Shown: piece after piece, positions 10,837-21,544 of the stretch | Layout: each line of letters starts with the position of its first letter | How positions within the stretch are numbered: the first letter of the stretch is position 1 | Assembly (NCBI GenBank): GCA_030704615.1 | Contig: CM060734.1 | Coordinates: 28,148,001 to 28,212,000, forward strand | Source: Takakia lepidozioides | Lineage: Eukaryota > Plantae > Bryophyta | Direction of reading: 5' to 3' | Length of the DNA stretch: 64,000 nt | Notes under the pieces: model-generated | What the model saw: only the letters and a program-made list of their open reading frames with translations | The model's database searches: none | What the model was told of the DNA's origin: nothing | Made by a program: the position numbers and the translations under genes

Positions 10837-12599
10837 ATGGCTCCGAATTCCTACGCTATAGTTTGCTGTCCTCCGCAACTTGGGAGAGCCTGGATCCCAA
10901 ACGAGGGAGGACTTTGCAGAGTGACTGAAACTTACCTTTGTTCCAAATTCAAGCTCAAACCGGGCACAGTTTATTTGGAAGAAGAAAGGAAGGATGTTCC
11001 TGGACAGGTTGACGAGACCATTGTCGTGCTAGGTAACGACGGAGGTTGCGGAATCGAATGGCACGTTCCCCCGTCAGACACCATCCTGTACCGAGCTGTG
11101 GGAATGCCCATTCCCTTTCCGAATCAGTCGCTGCCCACACCATCCACAAAGGAGTCCGGAAAACCGAGAGGCGGCCACTGCCAACAGAGAGGTATGCAAC
11201 GATAATCATTCCCGACCTGGACCGTCAAGACCCTCCATAGCTTCTCGTGTGGACGTATTCGACATTTCCGACGAGGAAGATGATTGCATTGAGGTACCCA
11301 TGTCCTCCACACGGTCGTTCAAATCCGGCATGGACGTCTCTGTCGGTGCTACGCATGTGCCCTCGAGCATAACTCCAACCCGGTCCATTGTGCAGCTCCT
11401 ACGACAACATCACCTCGATGGTTCTCGCTCCGAGCTGGCTGCTCTCGACTATGCCAAATTCCAGTCAGAAAGGTAACGTTTGCCTCCCGAAGTCGATGGC
11501 AATGTCATCTTCGAGTTTCCACCTGTTTCTTCGTCAAAGAAAGCCTCCGGGATGTTAACAGACATGGATCGAAAGCATGACGGACACCCCTGGTGTGTGA
11601 CGAAGACCAGTAGCACGAAAATTGCTGATGGTTCGTGTACGATATGTCCTCTGTGCGGGGAAGCTGAGGTGCCTCAATCCCACCTGCTTCCACTTTCTCT
11701 CCAAAGGAGGGCGGAGAAACGAGACGGATTGGACTGGCACAACGCATCATCCATTCATTGTCTCCAGCCAAGCTCCTGCGGGTTCTTTCAAGTGTGCACA
11801 TTGCAAAGAACCACCGACGTGCATGTCCATGTGCAGAGCCAAGCAATATTACGTAATCCATTTGCTCCCGGACTTGACTAGAGCTTGCATACACGTTGGG
11901 GTCCACTGCCACCCCTTGGCGAGAGGCAACATGCGTGAGGCTGTGCAGGAAGCACACGACATCATAAAAGAGGAGGTGAAATTGAGCCCCGGAGCCAGAC
12001 CAAAGCAGATTCAGCTGAAGGCAGCCCACAAGATTGCTCTTGGCAAAATCATGTCTGAAGATGGTTCCGACCGAGAGCCCTTGACCGAAGACGAGATGCG
12101 TGACCTCTTGGAGTCCGTCTCGCACGTTTGTAGTCCGAATGTGCGGAATCACATCGTATCTTGCAAGCAGGAGTTCGGCAGGGGGTCGGACATGTACTCA
12201 ATCCTGGAGGTGAAACGAATGACTGGATATGACTACATCCAAGGTAGCAGGTTTCCAGGGCAAGGCAGCGAATCCGATCGTTGTTACATTTTCAAAATGT
12301 CGACGTGTGGGCCTGGGAGTGGAGTCGACTTGGTCACTCGCATGACAACTGGAAACTTGTCGAATGCTTGGTGATGTTTGATCACATCAAGCGAATTACA
12401 AACCATCATGACTATGGGTGCGCATGTTTATGACTATCACTCCAAGAGCTCATGACGATTGCAATCTGCGAGATGAAAGGAGGACACACAGTCCATGCAT
12501 CTGTGGGAGGGCATAACGAGCAGATGGCAAGGGCGGGATTGCCAGAGCCCAATTTCAGGATTCATGGCAGACACGCTGGGGAGGTTGCGGCGTGTGTAC
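10837..12599 (+). CDS. Element A transposase, 5' part (N-terminal domain, GCM-like Zn finger, start of MULE-like DDE core)
   Basis: MAPNSYAIVCCPP...; DRKHDGHPWC..CAGKLRC..C..CAHC..C..CIHVGVHCH; WVMFDHIKR...GAHVYD...TIAICEMKG...FMAD...RRVY, then cut by element B. Several 1-bp frameshifts. Confidence 0.8.
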
Positions 12600-12849
12600 G
12601 AGGTTTGCTATTTCATGAGCATGAGCGGCATGAGCGGCATGAGCGGCATGAGCAGAGTAGTAACACAATCGGTTTTCATGAGCAGAAGTACAAATTTCGA
12701 AAATAAAAAAACAATAAAAAACAATAATTTAATGCAATGTGTCAGAAAAAACAAATATATTATTCGGCCCCTTGAAGGGAAAATTGCACTTTTTGACAGT
12801 TGTGCTCATGATATTTCGTCTTCCGCTCATGCCAATTCCCAGCGACATG

Positions 12850-13240
12850 TGCAAATATGGCGCCGAATTTCGCGGTAATAGGGTCCGTAACCTGAAAAAA
12901 CGGCGACGTATTTCGCGGCAATAGGTCTCTCTGGCGAAAAATGGTGCCGAATTCCGCGGCTATAGGTCCCCTCATGACAGGTAATTCGGCGCCATTTTTC
13001 AGTGCATGTTCGGACTTAGCCAGTTTTCGGCCCAAAAAAGAGAAATTCGGCCATTTTTTCCAGACAATTGCCTTAGCCACATTTTTCCAGACAGGTACCA
13101 GTGCATGTTGGGACTTAGCCAGTTTTCGGCCCCAAAAAGAGAAATTCGGCGCCATTTTCCCAAACACAGTACCAGTGCATGTTGGGACTTAGCGAGTTTT
13201 CGGCCCCAAAAAGAGAAATTCGGCGCCATTTTTCCAGAAA
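12850..13240. repeat. Subterminal repeats of element B containing B-type AAATTCGGCGCC half/full palindromes
   Basis: Three copies of agtgcatgttgggacttagccagttttcggccccaaaaagagaaattcggcgccattttcc, plus upstream atggcgccgaatttc copies. Confidence 0.8.
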
Positions 13241-13393
13241 TGGCCCCACAACTGCTTCTGTTGGATCTCAGTTTGAATGGAATATTGCCTCATTCCAGGA
13301 GTTTTGGGGTGCATTTCATTACACTGCAAAAAAAAAGTCTGATACAGCAAAATGCATTTGAAAATATCCATATGGAGGATTCCGTTTGCCCCA

Positions 13394-16300
13394 TCAATGA
13401 TTTCTGGAATCCCTAAGGAGGAGTTTGTGCAGCTCGTTCACGCTCAACGCCGGTGCATGAATAAAGTCATCAATAGTCACGTTCATCCTCAACCTCTTCA
13501 GGTAAATGTAATACAGATGCTTGCACGGATAATACTTCGAACCCTTCTTTGCTTCCATCAACGAGAAGTCCGTACAGTTGCAAGTCGGCTCCACTCCAAT
13601 CGTAATTGTGTATACATCGTCGCGTACAGCCGAGCCGGCCGTTGCCATCCGATACACACGCCCAAGGCCGGGTGGGGTACGTCCACGGAGCTCTGAATAG
13701 TGCAAGCCATCCCAAGAGCATTGGCAATCCGAGTCTCATTCAACTTGTTGGGAGGGTGTCGTCTCTTCACTCTTCCGAATCGCATTGTGGGATGTGCAGA
13801 ATTGTCCAATCCGTCTCTACTGGACCGAGCAGTCTGCAATGGCTGGGTCTGAGGAACCGGAAATGCGTGGGCCGGGATGTCTGTGCGTTGCACCATTCGA
13901 AATCCTGCTGCAGATAGAGCATCCGCCTCATTCTGAGAGAGGCTGCAACCCGGTGCAACAGGCCAGACGCCCGGAGGCTCCGGCATTCCCTGAATCCCGT
14001 ACTTGGGCTTGCCAAATACACAGGTCATTATGTCGTGCCTACAGAACCAAAATGTCTGCGTTGTGGCGTGAGCAAATGTGGGAGTCAAAAAATCTGCCGC
14101 TGAAACAAGGTGCAGGTACAGCACCGTGTGGGTTCCTCCGAATCATCTCACCACAGCGTGCTCTCGTATCCACCCGGATGGCGCAACACTTCCTCGAAAT
14201 GCCGGCAATGTCCTCGCAATTCTCCACTGTGACTCCGACACTCTTGTCTCCACAATGGAATGTTGTATTGCTTTACTACAGATGGCTCGTTATGTTGCCG
14301 GGCACGCCGCCTGTGCTCAAAGGAGATGGCGATCTTGAACGTGCAGGACTTCCGGTGCTCGACGAGACCTCCTCGGACAACATCACCGGACCACGAGGAG
14401 CGTGCGAATATTCTTGTCAGCTCGCCATGAATCCTCTTCTCCGCCAGGTGCCTCGTCAAGTCTTCGTCTCACTGGACGGTATGAACATCTCCTTCCAAAT
14501 GTTGGCCTCTTCGCAGCAATGGCGTGTCCCGAAGGCCCTCTCGCAAGCCGCCGCCCACTTCCGAGGATTCTTCGATCTGGAGGCAGTCCGCATCAGCATT
14601 TCCTGCCTGTCCGGCCCCAAGCCCCACTGTTTCCCTTTCAAGAACTCGTTGTACCTGCATTGCTGCATATATTGACCTCACAATGTCCTCCGTTGTGGCA
14701 GTGAGGATGTCCACCAGATGCGCCGCAGAGGAGGCACGCCAGGAAGAGTGCACTGATTCGGCCATGTTGTCGTGGGCATGTCGGTGTCGGAGTCGAGACA
14801 CATTTCCTGCACAAGCACATGTTGAGGTTACAAGCAAGTTACAAATATGGCCAAGAATAATATCCAACGGGACGCGAATTCGTGCAACTCACCTCCCGCA
14901 TATAGTCGCCGAACTGGAGGAAACGATAATGCCACCATGCTAGCCAACTGACCATTGCTCCTTCGTCTGATTTCCTTACAGCACCTGACGATGTCCACCA
15001 AGCCCGTATGCATGCAAACTGTGTCTCTGCATCATCCAAGGTGGGAGCGCGCTTCCACGCAAGGCACATGGAACGGTGCTCCTCTCTGAAATCTGGCGCC
15101 ACGAGCCTGGTTGTGTACTGCGAAAGGCTCTGCAGAAAATGGAACCCACAAGATCTCTCCTTGCCTTCCATGGGAACATTGGGGTCTTGCCCGTACACCC
15201 TTCGGATGGCAGCCCAATTTGCTTGTGCGTTGTCCGCCATGAAACCACGGAAATTGGGAGGGGGCAATCCCGCCTGGCCATCTGTTCGTTTATTCCCTGC
15301 CAAAGAAGCATCTCCGATTGTGTGTCCTCTCCTTTCATCTCACAAATAGCAATTGTCATTAGCATCCTGCAGTGGGTGTCGTAGACATGTGCACCCATTG
15401 TCACCCACTGGTGATTTGTAATTCGCTTGATATGGTCGAACATGACCCAACTGTTTGACAAGTTCCCACTCGTCATCCTGTCGACCAGTTCGACGCCACT
15501 GCCAGGTCCACACGTGGACATTTTGAATACGAAACAACGATCTGCCTCAGTCCCTTGTCCTGGAAACCTACTTCCATGAATGTAGTCATATCCACATCGT
15601 CGCTTCACCTCCAGAATGGAGTGCATATCCGAGCCACGCCCAATTTTTGTTTGCATGAGACAATGTGGTTTCGGACATTCGGTGAACATACGTGGGACAC
15701 CGACTCCAGCAATGCCTCCATTTCCTTCTCGTCGAGAGGAACTCTATCGGAGCCGTCTTCCGACATAATTCTGGCCAATGCCATCTTATGGGCGGGAGCT
15801 GTATCTGTTTGGGTTTGGCACCCGGTCTCAACTTAACCTCCTCCTGAACGAGCTGCTGCTTCGTGGGCAGCCTCCCGCGAGTTCCCCCTCGCCAATTTGT
15901 GACAATGGGAACCAACGTGTATGCAAGCTCGGGTGAGGTCAGGGAAACGGTGCAACACATAGAACTTGGCATTACAAACAGACATGCAGTGTGGTGGTTC
16001 TTTGCAATGCGCACACTTAAATGTGGAGTTCGGAACCTTCTCCTGAGCTCGAAATGGTTGGTGAGCTGTGCCTGTCCAATCGGTCTCGTTCCTGTGACCT
16101 CTGGATTTAAAGTGGAAGCAAGTTGGGGAGAAACACCGCAACGCGCCCGCACAAACAACGTAGCGCACCCGCACACCATCAAGCTTCATGCTGGTGGTTT
16201 TGGTAACGCACCAAGGATGACCGTCATGTTTTCTATCCATATCTGTCAACATTCCGGACGCCCTCGAGTAGTCCGCCCGAGGAGGGAACTCAAAGAAGAT

Positions 16301-16964
16301 ATTACCGTCGACGTCGGCGGGAAGGCATGTAACCGATTTAATTGCGAACTTGCTGTAGTCCAGCCCGGCCAGCTCCGACCGGTGTCCCTCCAGGTGAAGC
16401 CCTCGCAGAATTTCTAGAATAGATCGAACTGCGGTGCTCGTGCTGGGAATATGACTCCCTCCTCCACTGACGTCCATTGAGGACTTGCCTGATCTCCAGG
16501 ACGACCTCGGAACTTCCATGACCTCGTCTGAGTCGGACAGGTTGTGAACAACCCGGTTCTCGGTCGTCTTCATGGATGGGTTCGGCTCTGGATTTACTTC
16601 GTTGCGGACTTCTCTCTTTGAGGTACCCACTCTCTGATTCGCGGATTGTTTCGTGGAAGGCGCCAGGATAGACGGTGCATTTGGCGGGCAAATGAGTCCC
16701 CAACAGCCCTGTATATGACGCTGTCCGATGGTGGAACTCGCCATTCCCTGCCATCGCCGAAATCATCGTGGAGCACAACAATACTCTCGACAACAAGGCC
16801 GTTGAGTCCTTCCTTTCCTCCTCCAAAAAAACCGACCCCGGTTTCAGGTGGTATCGAACGCACAGATATTTCTCCATCACCCGGCAGGTGTCCCCTCTGC
16901 ACGGAAATGAAGCTCTATGCTCGTGAGGAGGGCAGTACACTGTAGCGCTCGGGTTTTCCGCCAT
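13394..16964 (-). CDS. Element B transposase: GCM-like Zn finger + MULE-related DDE core + SWIM finger; one intron (~14807-14892)
   Basis: MAENPSATVYCPP...; VMFDHIKR (D1), FMADNAQAN (D2), ERSCGFH (CxxH), TNMAESVH (E); C-terminal TCNCTDF...PCKHLYY (SWIM). The intron position is the same as in element A (32568-32650). Frameshifts present. Confidence 0.85.
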
Positions 16965-17269
16965 GGGAGATGTGCACACAAGACTGCCAGGATGGCGTGC
17001 GGGGAAGCTCCCTGGTAGAAGGGGGGGTGCAGCGATGGGAATGAATGCGATGCCGATTTGTCCGAGCGACGAAGCCTGATCCAAATCCAGGGAGCCAACT
17101 ATCTCAAAAATCCACAGTCAGAGTGTTAATGAACCTTGTCTCCGGAATGCGGCCCCTGGTCTTTGCGCAATAACTGCCAACGGTATGCAGTCAGAAAGTG
17201 GGGGGCCGTCCGGATGATGACGGCTGAAGGGGAGAAGCCGGCACCGTGCCGTCACATTACTACCCCCGA

Positions 17270-18250
17270 ATGGAAATTCGGCACCCAATATCCAACAGAG
17301 GAAGCCCGGATGAAGTCGCCTCGGGGCAGAGGCCGTGTGCGACAGAGAAATCCCCTGGATGGAGATTCGGCGCCGAATTTCCATCCCCCCCAAAGGGAGT
17401 CGTGTCGGGGGGTCAGGCCGAAAACTGGACGGCATAAAAACATCCCCAGATGGAAAAACGGCGCCGAATTTCCATCCGGGGCGGTTCGGATGCAGTCGGG
17501 GAGGGGGAGTGGCCTGCACTTGGCCGTCACATTTCAACCCCCGGACGGAAATTCGGCACCGAATATCGAACAGGGGACGCCCGGATGAAGTCGCCTCGGG
17601 CGCAGAGGCCGGCGAGTGTGCGACAGAGAACATCCCCTGGACGGAGATTCGGCGCCGAATTTCCATCCGGGCCCCCCAAAGGAAGTCTTGTCGGGGGGTC
17701 AGACCGAAAACTGGCCGACATAAAAACCTCCACAGATGGGAAAACGGCGCCGAATTTCAATTCGGGGCCGTTCCAATGCAGTCGGGGAGGGGAGAGGTCG
17801 GCACCTGGCCGTCATATTTCAACCCCCGGGACGGAAATTCGGCACCGAATATTCTCCGACAGAGACCATCCCCGGATGGAAATTCGGCGCCGAATTTCCA
17901 AGCGGCCGCCGGCCCCAGGCGCAGACTTTTGCCCACTGCCCTGGCCCCGGAAATTCGGCAAAATGGATGGAGATTCGGCGCCGAATTTCCATCCTGCAGG
18001 TAATTCGAATCCCGGCGCCGTTCATTTCCATGGTAAAATGGATATTCGGCGCCGCCAAGGAAGGGTGCAGGCGCCCAGATGAGGCCCAATCGGCGCCTCA
18101 ATTACCTGCACCCTTAAAGTGGCGAATGGAAATTCGGCGCCGTGGGCTCGGCCGGCACCCGGCTGGGGCTGCCCCAGCGGCAGCCACTAAGGGCTTAATG
18201 GAAATTAAATTACTGCTAAGCTTAGGATGGAAATTCGGCGCCGGAAACTG
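17270..18250. repeat. Array of B-type palindromes GGAAATTCGGCGCCGAATTTCC, ~95-bp period, between the divergent genes of element B
   Basis: Starts at 17272, 17361, 17452, 17547, 17643, 17738 and 17833 (3-unit higher-order repeat), then further copies up to ~18229. Confidence 0.85.
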
Positions 18251-18719
18251 GCAAAGGCTTTTTGACGGCTGGCCTGACCCTGGCAAAGCCGCGAAAAGCC
18301 TGGCCGACGGCGGCCAAAAGATTTTACAAAGGCTTTGGAAAAATTACTGGCAAAACGCTTTTTTTACCTGGCAAAGGCATTCTTTCCACCCTGGCGGATG
18401 GAAAAACCTGCTTTGCTGCGGCGGGCCGGCGCCGGAAATTACCTTGCGTGCACGAATTACCTCTACGTTGGAAATTCCGGGACTGTTTACGTCGATTTTC
18501 ATCCGACATGGAGGGCTTCATCCGACATTTAATTGCGCAGTTGGGCAATAAATGTCGACGGCCGTCGGTTATTATTCGGGCTGGCGACGCATGGCTTCCT
18601 GGACACGTACCCTAAATCTCATGCTAAACTTGGCTTAACATGGTATTCCAGGCATGTACCCCAAAAAAGGAGATCTTTTTGGCTGGGACTTACGCCTGAA
18701 GGGCGTGGCTCTCCTGAGA

Positions 18720-20640
18720 GACCTCACATCCAGACCGCGGCGGAAGTTGAAAGCTCTGTACTACGGACGACGGCCAATCTCTCGCATGGCCAAACTGAAG
18801 CTCCAGCAGGAGATTCCAGTGTCTTGCTCACAACCTGCGCCAACTGAAGCCGAGTACTCTCAGGCAAGCCACTTCTGCTTTCGGTTTGTTCGATTTTTTT
18901 TGCTTTCGCTTTGTTACCTCGCTTTGTTTTTGCATCTTCATCCTGGCTTTGCTGTATGAGTGAACTTTAGATAGTTGAGTGAACCTTAGATTGTTTGCAA
19001 TGCGTGTGCAAATCCGGCAGCTCTGGAGAAGGCTGCTTGTGCATGTCATTCTTAGGCAATGGTTGCATTTGTTTTCATTGTTGTTGCATGGCTCTCCATA
19101 CTTCCTAAACTTGTTATGTTTTCATTTTTGCTACATGATTGTTGCTATGGTGGTTGCGCTGCTCGTTGCGATGCTGCTTTTTGCACCGATGTTGGTTTTC
19201 ACGATTTTTGTCAATGACAGAGTGACGACGAGCCCGGCACGCTGGTGGTATCATCGACAGCTCCAACTCATCGCATGTTTGAATCGCCCAACTTGGGGCG
19301 AGAGGGCAAACTTAAACCTTTTGTTGGTGGACGGGAGGACTTGCAACGAGATTACGACAGAGTAGGCATTGGGGAGGTTGGTGCAGGCGGCATGGCAGGT
19401 GAAGGGCGTGAGGACATGAGGACAGCAGATCCGGCAATGGAGGTTGTTCATGCACATGCAGTAGGGCCCGCCCACGCAAAGAAAAGAAGAAAGCTAAGCA
19501 CATGCAATCCCGGCGAGAGAGCAGTCACGGGCTGCGGAGGGGGGAGTGAGCAGTGCGCGCGAGGGTGTCAGTTCGCCTCAATCAAAGGTGGTCGTCCTGG
19601 AGGGCTCCCCTGCTGCCCTAGTAAGAAACAGAAAGCCCGTGAGAGGGCAAAAGAGAGGGCAAAAGAACAGACGACAGAATGCTAGCCAGGAGGAAAGACA
19701 AAAGGCAGCTGAAGAGGCCAGGGGTGCCCAAATGACAGATGCCAATGTAAGCGAGGGACCCACAGAGACGGTGGATCCCTACAAGACACCACAGAGAGGC
19801 GCACACCGGTTAGACCATCGCGGGCAAGAGCAGCCCCGCAATTACCCATACGGTGGAGAGTGGAGGAGAGGAAAGAACACCTGAAAGAGCACGGATTGTG
19901 CAAGTTCGAGGTGAAGCCAGGGAGAGGGCAGTAGAGACGAGAGTGCTGGAGGTGTTTCGCAGGTGGCTGACCCTGTTGAGGAGGACGACATGGAGGTTTC
20001 TGACCAGGATGACATCCTCCCGGACATCCCCAGGCCCCAAACCCGGAGCATAGCTGGATTTGGCGGTCCTGGTGGGCTGCCGGAAAACCCCTCTGCAGCA
20101 GACGTCATGTCTGAGGCGGATATGAAGTTGGCCGCTGCCAAGATGTTGGAGGCAACCCACAGCAACATTGGCAGGGTGCTGGGGGCATGGTGTACCCGGC
20201 CAAGCTTCGAATTCCCCTTTGCCGCTTGGTGTCATTGCAGGTGGTGAGACCTGCCCTCCCAGGCGATATCGACAAGCTGAAATTCTCTTTCCGGGATGGA
20301 TATCGAATGGGGTCTGCCGCCTTTTACGTTTCCATTGAGAACGACCACGGAGCTTCCCGTGCCCACACTTCCGATGAGGTGGACAAATGGGGTCCCCATT
20401 GGCAAACGCGAAATGAGGAGTTCGAGAGATCGATTGCTAGTGATCCTCTTTTCCAGCACATGTCCGGTAAGATGTTCTGTGGGACGGCAATCATCGCCTC
20501 CTGGCATGGATGGAGCACATTGCCCAAGCCCACCCAACGATCTCGATTGGCATTTCGCCGTCGATTGTGTTGTGCTGAAGGTTGCGGGGCCCAAAGATCG
20601 CAGTCTTCTCAAAGCTGCAATGGCCGACATCAACTCGTAA
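18720..20640 (+). CDS. Element B ParB-MTase gene, 5' exons including the ParB/Srx-like domain
   Basis: RPRRKLKALYYGRRP exon; AAKMLEATHSNIGRVLG..LRIPLCRLVSLQVVRPALPGDIDKLKFSFRDGYRMGSAAFYVSIEND...WDGNHRLLAW...AMADINS|GTAAG. Homologous to element A 6920-7440. Confidence 0.72.
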
Positions 20641-20767
20641 GCTACAACCCCTCTCGCTTTTGGACTTTGAATTTGGAAGTCATTTCATTGCGAATCCTCA
20701 TATATGATGAAAATTCCCATTTCAGTATTGTTTGATGGAAATGTGGCACTGCGCCTTCATTGGGCTG

Positions 20768-21489
20768 TGTCGCGGCCCTTTGCCTTGAGGGCAGGGGGTC
20801 GGGACACATGAGGGGCTGCCCCTGTGGTGGGGGCAGCGGCAGCGATAGGTATGGGGGGCTGAAGCACCCTTGAGTGCCCAAGGCACTCAAGGAGGCGGAG
20901 GCGCTCACTAGGTGGAGCCCCGCACACCGGGTTGCGGTGGGGTGGCTCCACAAGGGGTGGTGGTAGCTTAGTGGGACTTAGTGGGGGTGGCATAGGACTC
21001 ACCATGGGGTGGAGACCTCGAGGTGGGAGTCGTGGGGAGTCTTGGGACTCATCACGGTCCATTGGGGCCGCGGTGAGTGGGCCAAGACTCACCGCGACTC
21101 ACCACCGGGAGTCGAGGGTTTTCGTGGTGGTTCGCCATAAAATGGCATGGCTGGTTATGAAACCCCCGCGGACAGCTACAGAAGTATATATAGGGAGTAG
21201 TAACCCCGAGAACGGTGCAAGCCCGTTGGTGACCAAAAACTAGTGAGTAAGCGAGCGAGCCGGAAAGCGACCAAAGAGTGGGGAGCTGTTCCGGACTGCC
21301 ATCTACCAAAGGGAATTCTCCTAGTCCAAATAGGTGGAGGGTTTAGAGGGAAGCGGAAGGGGACCGTTATGTCCCGGTGAGCAGCCGAAACTCCAAGTTG
21401 GCCCGGCGGCCAGGTTGGGAGTCAGGCGCGCGCATCAAAGCGAGTAACTATGACTTGAAGGGGAGTTTACCGAAGTGAGGTGTGCGACA
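20768..21489 (+). repeat. 5' LTR of copy 1
   Basis: TGTCGCGG...GTGCGACA, with TATATATA at ~21186, followed by the PBS. Confidence 0.95.
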
Positions 21490-21491
21490 CT

Positions 21492-21503
21492 TGGTATCAG
21501 AGC
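21492..21503 (+). promoter_or_regulatory. Primer-binding site (initiator tRNA-Met)
   Basis: TGGTATCAGAGC two bases after the LTR. Also at 58017-58028 and, reverse-complemented, at 38846-38857. Confidence 0.9.
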
Positions 21504-21544
21504 TTAGAGTTCAGTACGCGATCGTCCTTGGGATTGGCCTCATC

